Positions 27,657 to 39,046 of a DNA stretch of 64,000 nt are shown in pieces; position 1 is the first letter of the stretch; each line of letters opens with the position of its first letter. Source of the stretch: an uncultured Candidatus Saccharibacteria bacterium (GTDB taxonomy: Bacteria > Patescibacteriota > Saccharimonadia > Saccharimonadales > 2-12-FULL-41-12); contig CAMTYB010000001.1 in NCBI GenBank assembly GCA_947085855.1, positions 85,788 to 149,787 of the forward strand, in the 5' to 3' direction. Made by a program: the position numbers and the translations under genes. The notes below the pieces were generated by a model. The model did no database searches. It saw only the letters and a list, made by a program, of their open reading frames with translations, and was not told where the DNA came from.

Positions 27657-27723
27657 CACATTGCGTGTGTCGACGAGCATAATGTAACACCTTGGAATTT
27701 TCGTCCTAGGCACACTGCGTGTG
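27657..27723 (+). promoter_or_regulatory. Two copies of a 13-nt palindromic box (CACATTGCGTGTG at 27657-27669; CACACTGCGTGTG at 27711-27723)
   Basis: Direct reading. The centres are 54 nt apart. The boxes lie about 115-180 nt upstream of the GGDEF gene promoter. Confidence 0.4.
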
Positions 27724-27835
27724 CCGTTTTAAATGTGGCCGCGCAGGCAAGGAGCACAACTACACGTTAAGATATATGCTTGTGCTTGCGTAATTATTAT
27801 TTTATGATATAACCATTGCATTTTGAGTACTTTTG

Positions 27836-27844
27836 TGCTATAAT
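27836..27844 (+). promoter_or_regulatory. Extended -10 element TGCTATAAT upstream of the GGDEF gene
   Basis: Lies 13 nt upstream of ATG 27858. Confidence 0.45.
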
Positions 27845-27857
27845 GATTTGTGAAACT

Positions 27858-28727
27858 ATGAATATGAGAAACCGAGAGTTAACACCTCAGTCATTGCTAC
27901 ATGATGCCGCGCGGAATCCCCTAATGGCCGGAGCAGTGGGCTTTGCCGTCGGAGCAGTTGCTGTCGGTACAGCATTTTACCGGCAACACCGTCAAGATCG
28001 TCAACTTAACGCTATGCTCCAAACGGATAATACGCATCTTTCAGCTAGCAACAATCAGATGGGCCTTGAAATTGAAGAACTCGAGCGGAAAGCCCGCACT
28101 GACAGCCTGACAGAGCTCGGCAATCATCGCCACCTTGAGCAAAAGTTTGAAGCGCTTGTGCAAGAGGGTGCAACCGTAGGTCTGATTATATTTGACCTTG
28201 ATAACTTTAAGGCCGCCAACGATGAGCTTGGACATGCCGAAGGTGATCGTAAGTTACGTCTCTTCGCAAGTAAGCTAAAGGGTGTTCGCGATACTGATAT
28301 GGCAGTTTACTTAGGCGATGCCAGTGAAGATGAAACTATAGCTATTCGGACAGGAGGCGATGAATTTGCTCTTTTAGTCCGTCTCCCTGGTGAGCATGTC
28401 CAGAAGACCCGCAGAACAAGCGACGAAGATCGACGTCATCCTCAACCAGAAAGTCATGAGATGATTCTGTCTAAAGCTGCCAAACGAATTACTACCGATT
28501 TCGAAACTGACCCAGATGTTCTCGACTTTAATGCTCCTCGCTTATATAAACCTCAGCTTGGTGTAAGCGCTAATTTTGCGATTCGCCGACCTGGCGAATC
28601 GCTTCAGTCACTTACTGAACGCGCAGATGTCATCAAGCGCCAAGAAAGAGATGGCAACAATCATGACGTACGCCAGGAGGTTCACCTAGACCAAATGGAT
28701 GTTTTCGACGCAAGCGCTGAAGCATAA
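27858..28727 (+). CDS. Diguanylate cyclase (GGDEF domain) with an N-terminal TM segment
   Basis: TM segment LMAGAVGFAVGAVAVGTAF. Motifs DSLTELGNHRHL, IIFDLDNFKAANDELGHAEGD and an intact RTGGDEFALLV. The start was moved to the first ATG after the -10 element. Confidence 0.85.
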   Translation: MNMRNRELTPQSLLHDAARNPLMAGAVGFAVGAVAVGTAFYRQHRQDRQLNAMLQTDNTHLSASNNQMGLEIEELERKARTDSLTELGNHRHLEQKFEALVQEGATVGLIIFDLDNFKAANDELGHAEGDRKLRLFASKLKGVRDTDMAVYLGDASEDETIAIRTGGDEFALLVRLPGEHVQKTRRTSDEDRRHPQPESHEMILSKAAKRITTDFETDPDVLDFNAPRLYKPQLGVSANFAIRRPGESLQSLTERADVIKRQERDGNNHDVRQEVHLDQMDVFDASAEA

Positions 28728-28758
28728 GCTCTGCTAACAGATAAACACTGTTTGAGCA

Positions 28759-28767
28759 TGCTATAAT
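28759..28767 (+). promoter_or_regulatory. Extended -10 element TGCTATAAT, 6 nt upstream of ATG 28774
   Basis: Direct reading. A leaderless start is implied. Confidence 0.45.
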
Positions 28768-28773
28768 TACAGC

Positions 28774-29337
28774 ATGAACTATAATTCCTCACTCGAGGAT
28801 TACTTCAGCAAAATCAAGACGGTTCTTGCTGAGGCCCAGAGTGAAGAAATTCTCGTAAACAGCATCGTAAACGCGCCATTCCACAACAAACTTCACACCA
28901 CGTCTATGGACCTCGGTATCGTCGTGTTACTAACAGTCGATAACAAATCCAAATCAATTCATCGGGTTGCTTTATCTGATACCGAACCAGCACGCTGGGC
29001 AGTCAAGATGACCCCGGTGCCATTTCATGACATCAAAGTTCCTCTCGACGACAAAGATAATATTATTGCCAAAGCAGTTCGTACTGGTAAGCCTCAAAAC
29101 ACAGCTGACTGGAAGTATTTGTTCGTTCCAGCGCTTTCACCCGAAGCCTCTCGATTTAATCAGGCGGGCGCCGGTATAGCCTGTAGTTTTGTTTATCCTT
29201 TAAAGGGCAAGACCCGTGCAGGCGCAATGATCTTTAGTTTTTATCAGCCAATATCTAATATCACGTCAAAGCACGTTGATTTTATGGATAAGTACAGTGT
29301 GATTACTTCTGAAGCCTTAAACAGCCGCAAGCGATGA
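28774..29337 (+). CDS. Hypothetical protein
   Basis: 187 aa ORF directly after the GGDEF gene, with no confident motif. The 3' end overlaps the convergent gene by 21 nt. Confidence 0.6.
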   Translation: MNYNSSLEDYFSKIKTVLAEAQSEEILVNSIVNAPFHNKLHTTSMDLGIVVLLTVDNKSKSIHRVALSDTEPARWAVKMTPVPFHDIKVPLDDKDNIIAKAVRTGKPQNTADWKYLFVPALSPEASRFNQAGAGIACSFVYPLKGKTRAGAMIFSFYQPISNITSKHVDFMDKYSVITSEALNSRKR

Positions 29338-30561
29338 CGGTGCGCGTTGCGCGTCAGATAGAGCAGCGTTGACTACTGCATGTCCCAGGTTTGGAATCAT
29401 CAGATTGCAGCGGCCGTTCTTCCAACGAAAGATCTCTTGAAAACCCTGTTCTTGGCTGCGCATATCAAGAACTGACGTTTTGTAGCCAAACGGACGATGA
29501 ACGTTGTCGTAGAATTGTTCCGGGAATTTGAGCCCACTCAGCGAGCGGCGATCAACGTCAGCCGAGTCTAATGTCACCAAGAAGCCATCCGGACTCAAGT
29601 AGTTCTTGGCTATCCGAATTGCTTCTGCCACTTCAGGCTCAGACATCTGGTAGAGCATATTGGAGCAGAAAGCCATGTCAAAACCACGGCGGCTCTTAAG
29701 GGCGCTCCGCATTTCTAGTTCGTCAGTACATGATGCCTGCGCAAAATCTACTTTGCTGGTCTCGGCAGCATCAAATGCATCAAAACGGGCAACTGCATCC
29801 TTGTTGCGAAATTCTCCCGGATAAAATGAGCAAGCCTTGACCCATAAGTTGCCACCCTTGTAATGAATCGGCATTACATCCACACCGATGCTCTTGCCGA
29901 TACCGAATGTTTGTTGCACAAACCGCTCGTTTAGGCGCGCCGTCTTATCTTCATCAATTTCATCAGATAATGGTCGTTTTCGTCGATATGGTGAAACCAG
30001 GACATCTATTTGATGGAACGGATACTGATTGCCGAGCGCTAGGCGCTTAAGCCCATGGTTACGACTCGAGCCAAGATCAAGAATACGAGGATTGCGAGCT
30101 ACTCGATCAGGGTTCATAAGCGCCCATATCTTTGGTATCACGTAACGAGCATCGACGTTGCTTTGAACACTCCTGTTATAGAGATTCATATTCTGCGGAT
30201 AATAATCGCCAGGGATAATAGTATCTGTCAGCATAGTTCGCCACGCGTCAACCGTATCTGCTTCTTCTGGATAGGAATCATCCCCATCCTGGTCTTGTCT
30301 GACTAGTTGGTCGTAATTGATTGAGCGAAGCGTTAAGTTAACTAAATACGGGAACGACTCTCTGTTCTGGGCCATTCTATAGCGAGCAATATTTACAAGT
30401 TCATCCTGAATGTCTGGTCGCGTCAAAACATCAAGGCCAGCTTCCGCATACAGTCGAAAATAGGGATCATTAGGGTCGTCAGGGCTGAGCAGTTTATTTT
30501 CGAACGCACCTTGGTAGCCTAAAAGTATTTCTTTTCTATTGGCTATCATTGTTTTACCCAT
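29317..30561 (-). CDS. Class I SAM-dependent methyltransferase with a large N-terminal extension
   Basis: ILDLGSSRNHGLKRLA (motif I-like) and LSPDGFLVTLDS (post-II/III-like). The start was set at MGKTM (30561), because the track start at 30663 would overlap the divergent gene. Confidence 0.65.
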   Translation of the reverse strand: MGKTMIANRKEILLGYQGAFENKLLSPDDPNDPYFRLYAEAGLDVLTRPDIQDELVNIARYRMAQNRESFPYLVNLTLRSINYDQLVRQDQDGDDSYPEEADTVDAWRTMLTDTIIPGDYYPQNMNLYNRSVQSNVDARYVIPKIWALMNPDRVARNPRILDLGSSRNHGLKRLALGNQYPFHQIDVLVSPYRRKRPLSDEIDEDKTARLNERFVQQTFGIGKSIGVDVMPIHYKGGNLWVKACSFYPGEFRNKDAVARFDAFDAAETSKVDFAQASCTDELEMRSALKSRRGFDMAFCSNMLYQMSEPEVAEAIRIAKNYLSPDGFLVTLDSADVDRRSLSGLKFPEQFYDNVHRPFGYKTSVLDMRSQEQGFQEIFRWKNGRCNLMIPNLGHAVVNAALSDAQRAPSSLAAV

Positions 30562-30574
30562 ACTCTGAACATAA

Positions 30575-30586
30575 CCTGTTAACAGG
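30575..30586. promoter_or_regulatory. Perfect 12-bp palindrome CCTGTTAACAGG in a divergent intergenic region
   Basis: Direct reading. It lies between the methyltransferase start (30561) and a CTATACT -10 element 6 nt before ATG 30625. Confidence 0.3.
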
Positions 30587-30624
30587 GAAATGTAAATATA
30601 CGCGCGACGTTCTATACTAGTAGG

Positions 30625-31470
30625 ATGAAGTTTTTTGGCACAGCATTTGAGACCATCTGGCACAAAGGGCTCGGCAGGCCCTATAAATTGGTTCGGCCAA
30701 TTGATGTCGGCTCAGGACCGCAGACCGTACTTTTGATCCATGGACTGGCGGCCAAAGCCGAAGTCTGGCAACCCCTCGTAACGGTGCTCGAGAAGCAGGG
30801 CGTGTACCGGTTGATTGCGTTTGATCTGCTCGGCTTTGGCCGCTCTCCAAAGCCTAACCACCTCCGGTACGCCGTCCATGATCATGTGAGCTCTGTAATG
30901 GCTTCGCTTGAGCGTTCGGTCAAAGAGGATAAGATCATCGTTATTGGCCACTCTATGGGCTGCCTGATAGCCTCACACATTGCCACGCTCTACCCGGAGA
31001 TGGTAAAACGATTAGTACTCTATGAACCACCTCTGTTTGCAGATTCATCTGAGTTTCGCTCACACACCAAGCGACGTCAATTCTACTTTGCGCTGTACGG
31101 CATGCTCATCAAGCGTCCACAGCTGTATTTCCGCTACAGTAAACTAGCTAACCGGCGTAGAGCTGCGTTGGCACTCCAGACGAGTCCTGACGACTGGAAC
31201 GCCTTTAGCCAATCCCTAAAGAACACCATTATGGAGCAGACGGCCTACCATGAACTGCGCGACATTACGGTGCCGACTGATATTATTTATGGTAAGTATG
31301 ATTTTATTGTCACCCGTAAGAAAGTTAAAGATATGCTCAAAGCCAACCCAAACATAGCCTTTCATCTCGTAAATGAGATGCACGATGTCACTCCGCGATC
31401 AGCGCATTATATTGACCTACTATTACGCCGGTCAAGCCGTAATCCAAAGCTAGGCGAGACAAAAGCATGA
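30625..31470 (+). CDS. Alpha/beta hydrolase
   Basis: VLLIHGLAAKAEVW, nucleophile elbow GHSMGCLIA, and a His near the C terminus (NEMHDV). Confidence 0.8.
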   Translation: MKFFGTAFETIWHKGLGRPYKLVRPIDVGSGPQTVLLIHGLAAKAEVWQPLVTVLEKQGVYRLIAFDLLGFGRSPKPNHLRYAVHDHVSSVMASLERSVKEDKIIVIGHSMGCLIASHIATLYPEMVKRLVLYEPPLFADSSEFRSHTKRRQFYFALYGMLIKRPQLYFRYSKLANRRRAALALQTSPDDWNAFSQSLKNTIMEQTAYHELRDITVPTDIIYGKYDFIVTRKKVKDMLKANPNIAFHLVNEMHDVTPRSAHYIDLLLRRSSRNPKLGETKA

Positions 31471-31859
31471 TCAAAATGTCTGATGAAGAATTCTCCAAAA
31501 TTGTCAGCGATGCCCTCGACACGCTGCCCGAAGATCGAGTCCGTGGTTTGCAAAACGTAGCTATTGTATATGCTGATGAGCCGTCGGCCGAACAACGCCG
31601 AAAACTAGAGTTACGCTGCGACCAAACGCTGTACGGTCTTTACGAAGGAATTCCACTGACCAAGCGAGCCTCCGTCAGCTCGTTCTTTTCTGACACACCT
31701 ATGGTATTGCCGGATGTTATTACCATCTTCAAGCTGCCCATATTGCAATCATCAGGCTCGCTAGCGGCCGTCAAAGAACAGGTACGACATACACTCTGGC
31801 ATGAGATTGCTCACTATTACGGCCTAGACCACGATCAGATACACAAACTTGAGCACTAA
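31467..31859 (+). CDS. Small zinc metallopeptidase-family protein (HExxH)
   Basis: HEIAHYYGLDHDQI at the C terminus. It overlaps the upstream stop by 4 nt. Confidence 0.7.
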   Translation: MIKMSDEEFSKIVSDALDTLPEDRVRGLQNVAIVYADEPSAEQRRKLELRCDQTLYGLYEGIPLTKRASVSSFFSDTPMVLPDVITIFKLPILQSSGSLAAVKEQVRHTLWHEIAHYYGLDHDQIHKLEH

Positions 31860-31889
31860 CAGCGCTTATGCTTAAATGCTAGGTAGTAT

Positions 31890-32456
31890 ATGGTCAAAAA
31901 ACTTTCTAAAAATTCTCCCGTTCACTGGCTCCGCCGCAGTTTGATTCGTGTTGCTCAATTGCATTTGGTTTTTGTGGCTATTTATGTCGCCCAAATCATC
32001 GCCTTTGATGCCAGCAAGCTCATCACCCCAGAAGTCCTGGCTCAACGCTGGCTAGCTGCCGGCGGCTTAGCGATTGCAGCAACAGGGGTGTGGTATCTAG
32101 CCCGCAGCAAAGTTACCTCTACCCTTAATTACAAATTACTGACGTGGGTCTTGATTGTGGCAGACCTGGCGTTTGCCACATTCAATGTCTATACCCAGCG
32201 TGGTATGGCGAGTCGGGCAGTGTTACTATTTCTCATCCCGATTATTGTAGCGACTATCCTACATAGTCGGATTGCGCTGTTTACGACCGCTATCTTGGCG
32301 GCCGTTGTTTATACAACAACGGCTATTTTATATTTTGTTAACTTTTTTAATGAAGGCTACAAGATTGAATTGTACGGCGAAGTCTTGTTTTATAGTGGTC
32401 TGTTCTTTGTGACAGCCGGTTTGCTATGGGCTGCGCTCAAATCTAAACGTACGTAA
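31890..32456 (+). CDS. Integral membrane protein of unknown function
   Basis: 188 aa with about 5-6 hydrophobic helices. Confidence 0.65.
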   Translation: MVKKLSKNSPVHWLRRSLIRVAQLHLVFVAIYVAQIIAFDASKLITPEVLAQRWLAAGGLAIAATGVWYLARSKVTSTLNYKLLTWVLIVADLAFATFNVYTQRGMASRAVLLFLIPIIVATILHSRIALFTTAILAAVVYTTTAILYFVNFFNEGYKIELYGEVLFYSGLFFVTAGLLWAALKSKRT

Positions 32457-32518
32457 AAAACACACAAGACCAAAGCGGTTTGACGAGTTGCTTTGTCAGT
32501 CTTTACAATGGAGAGCAT

Positions 32519-33769
32519 ATGCCTGAAGATAAAACAAAGATACCTGACCATTTACTATTTACCGATCGACAGATCGCTGACGCCTTCGCGCACATCGAAC
32601 AACTCTGGCCAGACTTAATCGTTTCGCAAAGAGAGAACGAGGGGACCCTGATTGGTCTGCCATATGACTACGTGGTACCAAGTCTCGGCAACGGTTCTGA
32701 GTTTGCATTTCGTGAAATGTACTATTGGGATACGTATTTCATATCAGTTGGCCTATTGACGACAGGGCATGATGAATTGGCTGCTGGCATGCTCGAAAAT
32801 ATGCTGTTTTTATTAAAGCGCTATCACATCATCCCTAACGCCAGTCGTTCATATTTTACCGGTCGGTCGCAGCCGCCACTGTTAACGACGTATATTTTTG
32901 ATATCTACGACAAGCAAAACAAAGATGAAGCCTGGCTCCGTGAGCGCTTGCAGGCTGCCGAACGAGAGTATCATAGCGTCTGGACCTCATCAGCGCATCC
33001 AAACTGGCGCAATGTCTTTGAAGGCCTCAGTCGTTTCTACGACATTAACGTACTCGACCATTTAGCCGAAGCCGAAAGCGGCTGGGACATGACAACTCGA
33101 TTTCAGGGTAAGTGTTTATCATATATCCCAATTGACCTGAATTGCTTGTTGTACAAATACGAAATTGATTTTGCCCGCGGCGCGAGGCTGGTTAGCGACG
33201 AAGATACCGCCGAGTTATGGCAAGAACGGGCCCGCAAGCGGGCAGACACCATCACCAAATATCTATGGGATGACAAAGCCGGCTACTTCTTTGACTACGA
33301 CTACATGACACAACAGAGGTCGCCAGTTTGGTCGCTGGCTAGTTTTTATGCCCTGTGGTCGGGACTTGCGACACCAGAACAAGCCCGCCGGATTGTCGAA
33401 CATCTTGACGACTTCATGCATCAAGGTGGACTCACCACCTCTAAAAGTCCAGACGAGTATTTTGGCGACATTCCAACTCAGTGGGCTTACCCAAATGGCT
33501 GGGCACCGCTGCATTGGATTGTTGCCAATGGCCTCAAACGTTACGGCTTCGACTTCGAAGCTGAACTCGTCAGTCGAGTTTGGCTGAGCAATAATTTGGA
33601 GCACTTTAGACGCAACAAGGTCTTTCGAGAAGCCTATAATGTCGTCAACCCCGAGTTGCCGCCCAAACCAGGCTTATATCCGCCGCAGATCGGTTTTGGC
33701 TGGACCAATGCTGTCTTTGTAGACTTGGCCAAAAACTTCCTTACACCAGAAGAGCTCGCACAGGTTTAA
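32519..33769 (+). CDS. Trehalase (GH37-like)
   Basis: FREMYYWDTYF, GRSQPPLL and QWAYPNGWAPL match the trehalase signatures. The start was set at ATG 32519 (MPEDK). Confidence 0.85.
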   Translation: MPEDKTKIPDHLLFTDRQIADAFAHIEQLWPDLIVSQRENEGTLIGLPYDYVVPSLGNGSEFAFREMYYWDTYFISVGLLTTGHDELAAGMLENMLFLLKRYHIIPNASRSYFTGRSQPPLLTTYIFDIYDKQNKDEAWLRERLQAAEREYHSVWTSSAHPNWRNVFEGLSRFYDINVLDHLAEAESGWDMTTRFQGKCLSYIPIDLNCLLYKYEIDFARGARLVSDEDTAELWQERARKRADTITKYLWDDKAGYFFDYDYMTQQRSPVWSLASFYALWSGLATPEQARRIVEHLDDFMHQGGLTTSKSPDEYFGDIPTQWAYPNGWAPLHWIVANGLKRYGFDFEAELVSRVWLSNNLEHFRRNKVFREAYNVVNPELPPKPGLYPPQIGFGWTNAVFVDLAKNFLTPEELAQV

Positions 33770-33812
33770 GTTGATTTAGGAAAAATTAACAAATATCTGT
33801 CAAAATAGAAGT

Positions 33813-36800
33813 ATGTCTGAGGTCCAAAAGCGGTACGAGCAAGAATTTACCAAGCTTAATGCCGCCCAAAAACGAGCCGTTGAGACGATAGACGGGCCAG
33901 TCTTAGTTATTGCCGGACCTGGTACCGGTAAAACGCAGCTGCTCAGTATGCGTGTAGCGCACATACTATACAGCAGTGACGCTGATGCCCAGAATATTCT
34001 ATGTCTTACCTTTACAAATAAAGCAGCTGTCAATATGCGTGAGCGCTTGCAGCGACTGATTGGACCAGACTCCAATAAAGTTGTCGTCAAAACCTTCCAT
34101 GGCTTTGCGGCTGAACTCATGAATCAATACTCCGACTACTTCTGGAGTGGCGCCCGTCTCAGCACAGCACCTGACGCAATACAGCTCGAAATAGTTCAAA
34201 CTCTTCTAGCCAAGCTGCCTCTGAGCAACCCATTATCTATCCGTTTTGCTGGCCAATACACTGCTACAGATGACGTGCTGCAAGCACTGCGCCTCAGCAA
34301 AGAAGCTGGGCTGACCCCAGACAAACTACGAGCAATTATCGAAGCTAACCTGCGCTATATTGACGTCATCGAACCCGAATTGATTGACGCTCTGAGTCAG
34401 ACTTTGAGCGCTAAGCGCGTGCCTGCCTTAGAGGAGTCAATCCAAAACCTAACTCCTCAAGGTATCGACGAAGCTATCGCGCCACTCGTCTCGTTAACGA
34501 CAGTTATTCAAGACAGTTTGAGGGCTGCCATCGAGGCTGATGGTGATAGCGGTAAGACGAAACACGTTAGTCGCTGGAAAGCCCGATGGCTACAGACACA
34601 AGATGGTGCGAAAGGCCTGTTTGACGAACGCCGGCGCAATGAGTGGTGGCTCGCATTTTGCGATGTGTATAGCCTCTATCGTAATCAATTGCACGAGCGC
34701 GGCTTTTATGACTACGCCGACATGCTGCTTGAAGTCATTTCACAGCTTGAACAGCAGCCAGATTTGCGGGCAGCCGTTCAAGAACGATTTCAGTACGTGC
34801 TGATTGATGAATTCCAGGACAGCAACGCCGCCCAACTACGTCTGAGCCACTTGATAGCCAACCACCATAGCGCTGAAGGCAATCCAAATATTATGGCCGT
34901 CGGCGATGATGATCAATCAATTTTTGGTTTTAACGGAGCCGAACTCAAGAACATGCTGTTCTTTGAGCAAACGTACCAAAGCGTCACCTCCATCATCTTA
35001 ACCGACAATTACCGCTCGAGTCAGGCAATCCTAGATACTACAGAGAAAATTATTGACCAAGCCTCAGATCGATTAGTTAATCGCTTACCAAATGTCACCA
35101 AAAAACTGCAGGCTCAGAACGAGCCAACCAAACCAGGCACTATCGAGCATATATCGTACGAGACGCAAGATCACCAAGTTAGTTTACTAGCCCGGCAGCT
35201 CGCCGTAGACCATAAAACCGCCCAAACAAATCAAGAATCTATTGCCGTCCTCGCCCGCAGTCACGAAAGTCTGCGTCGAATAGCAGGCATTTTGCGTGAA
35301 CTAAATGTCCCGATTAAATACGAGCAGCAGAGCAACATCCTTGAACACGTTATTGTTAAACAGATAACCTTAGTAGCTGCAAGCTTAGTCGCCATTGAAG
35401 AAGGGGACAAAAGCACTGCCAATCATGCTATTTCGCAGCTAATCCAGCATCCAGCCTGGGGCTTCACCAACGACGAGCTGTGGCAGCTCGCTCGCAACAA
35501 CTATAGTCAACCAGACTGGTTTCTATCGCTCACCAGCAGCGACCAAACCAAGCAAAAACAACTCGGCGAATGGCTTGGCTGGCTCGCACGGGAGGCAACC
35601 TATCAGCCGCTAGAAGTTGTCTGCGAGCACATACTCGGTTTACGTAGCGGCACCCACATGACTAGTCCGCTGCGCGAGTATTTCATATCAACCGATCGCG
35701 CCTACGCCGCTTCGCAAAATATTAAGCAAGACTACATCCACAGTCTATCGGCTATCCGCTTACTGCAAGCCTTGGTCCGTGAGTTTGCGGCTTCAGAGGA
35801 AGCATCCTTGGCAGATTTTGTGCGCTTCATTGAAGTCAATCGCGATAATGGCCGAGGTATTACCGATGAGTCAACCTTCGTAACCGAAAAAGGTGCTATC
35901 GAACTCTATACCGTTCACAAGGCTAAGGGTCTCGAGTTCGATCGAGTTTTTATCATCGATGCAGTTGAAGATAATTGGCGACCGCGCCGCAGCGGTCGCA
36001 AACCGCCGGCCAATTTACCGTTATTGCCCCCTGGAGAACAAGAAGATGACTATATACGACTCTTGTACGTCGCAGCTACGCGCGCCAAACGAGATCTGAT
36101 TGTCTGTTCATTCCGTTTTAACCAAGCTGGCAAAGAAGTCCTAGCCACGCCCTACATTCTCAATGCTATGACCAGCAGAAACGTCACTCAAGATACTGAC
36201 ATAGCCACCCAAAGCGATCAGGTCATTCTGGAAGACAGTATCAAGTGGCCACAACTCACAACCGCTGACGACAAGGCTCATCTGCAGCCGCTGTTAGCAA
36301 ATTATCAGTTGAGCGCTACGCATTTGCTAGATTTTTTGGATGTCAGCCGTGGCGGTCCACAATACTTCCTGCAACGTCACTTATTGCGACTACCCGAAGC
36401 TAAAACAGCCACACAGGCCTACGGTAGCGCCGTACACCGTGCCCTACAATATGCTCAAGAATTACTCAATAAAAACCAAACAGTGGACGTACCAAAAATA
36501 GTCGACTGCTACCAAAAGGAACTACTACGGCAACATATAGCTCGCAGTGAATATGAAAAATACCTCGAGCACGGTACACACGTATTGACCAATTTATTTG
36601 CGAGTAAGGACTTTGTACTAACTCACGGAGCTAAAGCCGAACAACAACTCAATAGCGTATCTGTAGGGCAGGCAATAATCAAAGGTATCGTGGATAGCCT
36701 GGCTGAAACGAAGGACGAAATTATCGTTACCGACTATAAGTCTGGGCAACCTCTCGCTAGTTTTACAACCCGCGATCAAACCAAAGCAGTCAAAGCCTGG

Positions 36801-37091
36801 CGTCATCGATCGCAACTGGTTTTTTATGCTATGCTCCTGAAACACAGCCCGCACTACACCAGCAATCAAGAAATTATCGGACGCGTAATCTACATCGAGG
36901 CCGAAAACCAGGCCAAGGATCTCATCAAAACGTACGCCCCGAGCTCAGAAGAAATAGCTCGCATGGAGCAATTGACCGAGGCAGTCTGGGCGCAAGTTAT
37001 GTCGCTCGATTTTAGCGACACTTCAAAATTATCGCCTGATATACATGGCATAACTACGTTCGAAAACGACTTAGTAGCGGCGCTTGCTTGA
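33813..37091 (+). CDS. UvrD/PcrA-type superfamily 1 helicase fused to a C-terminal RecB-family (PD-(D/E)xK) nuclease
   Basis: AGPGTGKT (Walker A), LIDEFQDSN (motif II), TDNYRSS and TVHKAKGLEFD. C terminus: IIVTDYKSGQP plus QLVFYAMLL (D-x-K and QxxxY nuclease motifs). Confidence 0.88.
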   Translation: MSEVQKRYEQEFTKLNAAQKRAVETIDGPVLVIAGPGTGKTQLLSMRVAHILYSSDADAQNILCLTFTNKAAVNMRERLQRLIGPDSNKVVVKTFHGFAAELMNQYSDYFWSGARLSTAPDAIQLEIVQTLLAKLPLSNPLSIRFAGQYTATDDVLQALRLSKEAGLTPDKLRAIIEANLRYIDVIEPELIDALSQTLSAKRVPALEESIQNLTPQGIDEAIAPLVSLTTVIQDSLRAAIEADGDSGKTKHVSRWKARWLQTQDGAKGLFDERRRNEWWLAFCDVYSLYRNQLHERGFYDYADMLLEVISQLEQQPDLRAAVQERFQYVLIDEFQDSNAAQLRLSHLIANHHSAEGNPNIMAVGDDDQSIFGFNGAELKNMLFFEQTYQSVTSIILTDNYRSSQAILDTTEKIIDQASDRLVNRLPNVTKKLQAQNEPTKPGTIEHISYETQDHQVSLLARQLAVDHKTAQTNQESIAVLARSHESLRRIAGILRELNVPIKYEQQSNILEHVIVKQITLVAASLVAIEEGDKSTANHAISQLIQHPAWGFTNDELWQLARNNYSQPDWFLSLTSSDQTKQKQLGEWLGWLAREATYQPLEVVCEHILGLRSGTHMTSPLREYFISTDRAYAASQNIKQDYIHSLSAIRLLQALVREFAASEEASLADFVRFIEVNRDNGRGITDESTFVTEKGAIELYTVHKAKGLEFDRVFIIDAVEDNWRPRRSGRKPPANLPLLPPGEQEDDYIRLLYVAATRAKRDLIVCSFRFNQAGKEVLATPYILNAMTSRNVTQDTDIATQSDQVILEDSIKWPQLTTADDKAHLQPLLANYQLSATHLLDFLDVSRGGPQYFLQRHLLRLPEAKTATQAYGSAVHRALQYAQELLNKNQTVDVPKIVDCYQKELLRQHIARSEYEKYLEHGTHVLTNLFASKDFVLTHGAKAEQQLNSVSVGQAIIKGIVDSLAETKDEIIVTDYKSGQPLASFTTRDQTKAVKAWRHRSQLVFYAMLLKHSPHYTSNQEIIGRVIYIEAENQAKDLIKTYAPSSEEIARMEQLTEAVWAQVMSLDFSDTSKLSPDIHGITTFENDLVAALA

Positions 37092-37502
37092 CTTCTTGAG
37101 GTCGGCTAACTTAAGACGGACGGCGTGTCGATCCATCATAGTTTGAGCTTCAGCAATTGAAACTGCATCTTTGGCTTTGGCTTTGAGTTCTTGGGCGCGC
37201 TTAAAGGCAGCTTCGGCTTCGCTAGCTACCACTGACTCTGGTGTATCAATTTCATCTACCAGTACTTTGATCTGGTTATTAAGCACTTCTATGGTGCCTG
37301 AATACACGCCAAATTGCTCGTGATCAGCCTGATTGCCGTCTTTTTTGTACGCAATATGTAGCACACCCGGCGCGACCGCACCAAGTAGTGGGGCATGGCC
37401 CCCATTGATAGCAATGCTACCAGCTGTAGTTGGAACTACGAGCTCGTAGATGTCTCGGTCAACATGTCGACCTGATAATGTTATCAATTGAAGATTAATC
37501 AT
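37071..37502 (-). CDS. atpC: F1 ATP synthase epsilon subunit
   Basis: VVPTTAGSIAINGGHAPLLG pattern and operon position. The 3' end overlaps the helicase 3' end by 21 nt. Confidence 0.88.
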   Translation of the reverse strand: MINLQLITLSGRHVDRDIYELVVPTTAGSIAINGGHAPLLGAVAPGVLHIAYKKDGNQADHEQFGVYSGTIEVLNNQIKVLVDEIDTPESVVASEAEAAFKRAQELKAKAKDAVSIAEAQTMMDRHAVRLKLADLKKSSKRRY

Positions 37503-37519
37503 TTCTTAAATACTCAGTA

Positions 37520-39034
<1,515 letters not shown>

Positions 39035-39046
39035 TTATTCTGTCTC

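Noticed and set aside
27637-27657. A hairpin GGCGCT...AGCGC after zwf, considered as a rho-independent terminator
   Set aside because: The stem is only 5 bp with a 9-nt loop and there is no downstream T-tract, so it is not convincing as an intrinsic terminator.
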